Below, in pieces: positions 62,560-64,000 of a stretch of 64,000 bases of DNA. The stretch's first letter is position 1; each line of letters starts with the position of its first letter. This stretch comes from Chrysemys picta bellii (taxonomy: Eukaryota). The stretch spans positions 13,454,001 through 13,518,000 of the forward strand of contig NC_088808.1 of assembly GCF_011386835.1 (NCBI RefSeq), read 5' to 3'. A program made the position numbers and the translations under genes. Below the pieces are notes generated by a model. That model made no database searches. It was not told the origin of the DNA and worked only from the letters and a program-made list of their open reading frames with translations.

Positions 62560-63760
62560 GTAAGTGTGTGTGTGAGAGAGAGAGAGAGAGCTCAGGTGTT
62601 TTTTGATTCAGAATTCCGCCTTTCCACAAAGAAGATTTAAAAGTTAGTCCAAAAATTAAATGAGTCAAACCTTCCTCTGATTTTTTTTTTTTCTTTTGTT
62701 GGCCAGTCAGAATATCTGGAAATAAATCAACTTGCTGCTCTTGTAGCCTGCTCTTTAGATCCAGGTTACAAAGAGCTTGGGTAAGAATGGAGATGGAGGG
62801 AATATTATATCTGGGACAACTTGTACTTTTATTCCTCTCTTCTCCCCCCCCCCCCACTTCCCCTGGTATAGAGAACATCAGTATATAGAAATTTAACCAT
62901 AAGAGACATTGTTAGCTGCAGCTGACTATTCTGGAGTCTGGTTAATACTAACTATGGGTTATTTTAAATGACACTTACATGTTCTCTCTCTCTCTCATTG
63001 GTTTCTTGCATTAAGCTATTTCATAGTAGTGCATTTTAACATATGTGGCTTCAGTGTGTTTTTACTCCTTCCTTTTCATATACATTAAGTGCATTTTCCT
63101 CTTAGTCTTGCATCCAGGCACACACTTCAATGTTACTACGATACATTACGGTAAAGATATATCTGGGATAATAATGTGTATAACATACATGTATAGAGTC
63201 AATTTTCAGACTGAAACCTCTCTAAAAATGTCACATTTATGTTCTATCAATGATTCCAGATCAAATTTGCTCAGATCTGGAAAGTCAAAGGATGCTAGAG
63301 GGGGGGAAGGTGAGACTTTAAAGTTCACTGGCATTATTGCTCCCACCCCCATGCAGGATTCAAACAATTTGCACTGAAGCCAGTGGAAGTTACTTGTACA
63401 CTGTGGGGGAAGAATTACAACCAAAGGACAAGTATTTTAATGGTATATTTGCTCACTATGCTGGTTTTGTTTTTTATTTTATTTCCCCCTAATGGCCAAT
63501 CTCATCCTGAGATCTAGAAATGTAGCCACGATCTTTCTTTCTCGTACGTTATCAGCAGTAATAGAATATTCCACTATTGGAATCTGGTTTCCTTATGGTG
63601 CCTTAGGCTCTAGTTTGCTCTCCCACAGCTGTATCAGCTCCACAGTGCCATTAAAATCAGCAATTTTTTGTACAGTCACTGTTGTGACTAACTGCACTTC
63701 AGGATGGAGAGGAATTCTGAATGAGAAAATACAGACTGCACTTAGAGTTACAGCCCCTGA

Positions 63761-64000
<240 letters not shown>

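Overview
Vertebrate genomic DNA, most likely a turtle (inferred from the repeat landscape: CR1, hAT and Harbinger-type MITEs, Penelope-like elements, MIR-like SINEs). The window holds the conserved DNM1-CIZ1-BBLN-PTGES2 block. DNM1: first coding exon on the - strand at 19153-19313; positions 1-19152 are intron 1. CIZ1: complete, + strand, 15 coding exons reconstructed by hand with GT-AG boundaries and consistent phases, 729 aa. BBLN/C9orf16: complete, - strand, 2 exons, 94 aa. PTGES2: first four coding exons on the + strand, truncated by the window end. Almost all ORFs in the supplied track are spurious, coming from introns or GC-rich repeats. The most unusual features are (i) a ~210-bp Penelope-derived hairpin element with a 13-bp target-site duplication and a complete minimal hammerhead-ribozyme motif, plus a sister copy with the loop flipped; (ii) a ~57-bp G-rich minisatellite in BBLN intron 1 whose units carry acceptor/15-16 nt/donor micro-exon cassettes on the sense strand; (iii) a CIZ1 lacking the mammalian glutamine-rich central region but with a long acidic tail; and (iv) no LCN2 between BBLN and PTGES2. 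No prokaryote-type features such as CRISPR arrays or operons are present. All alignments and counts were done by eye.
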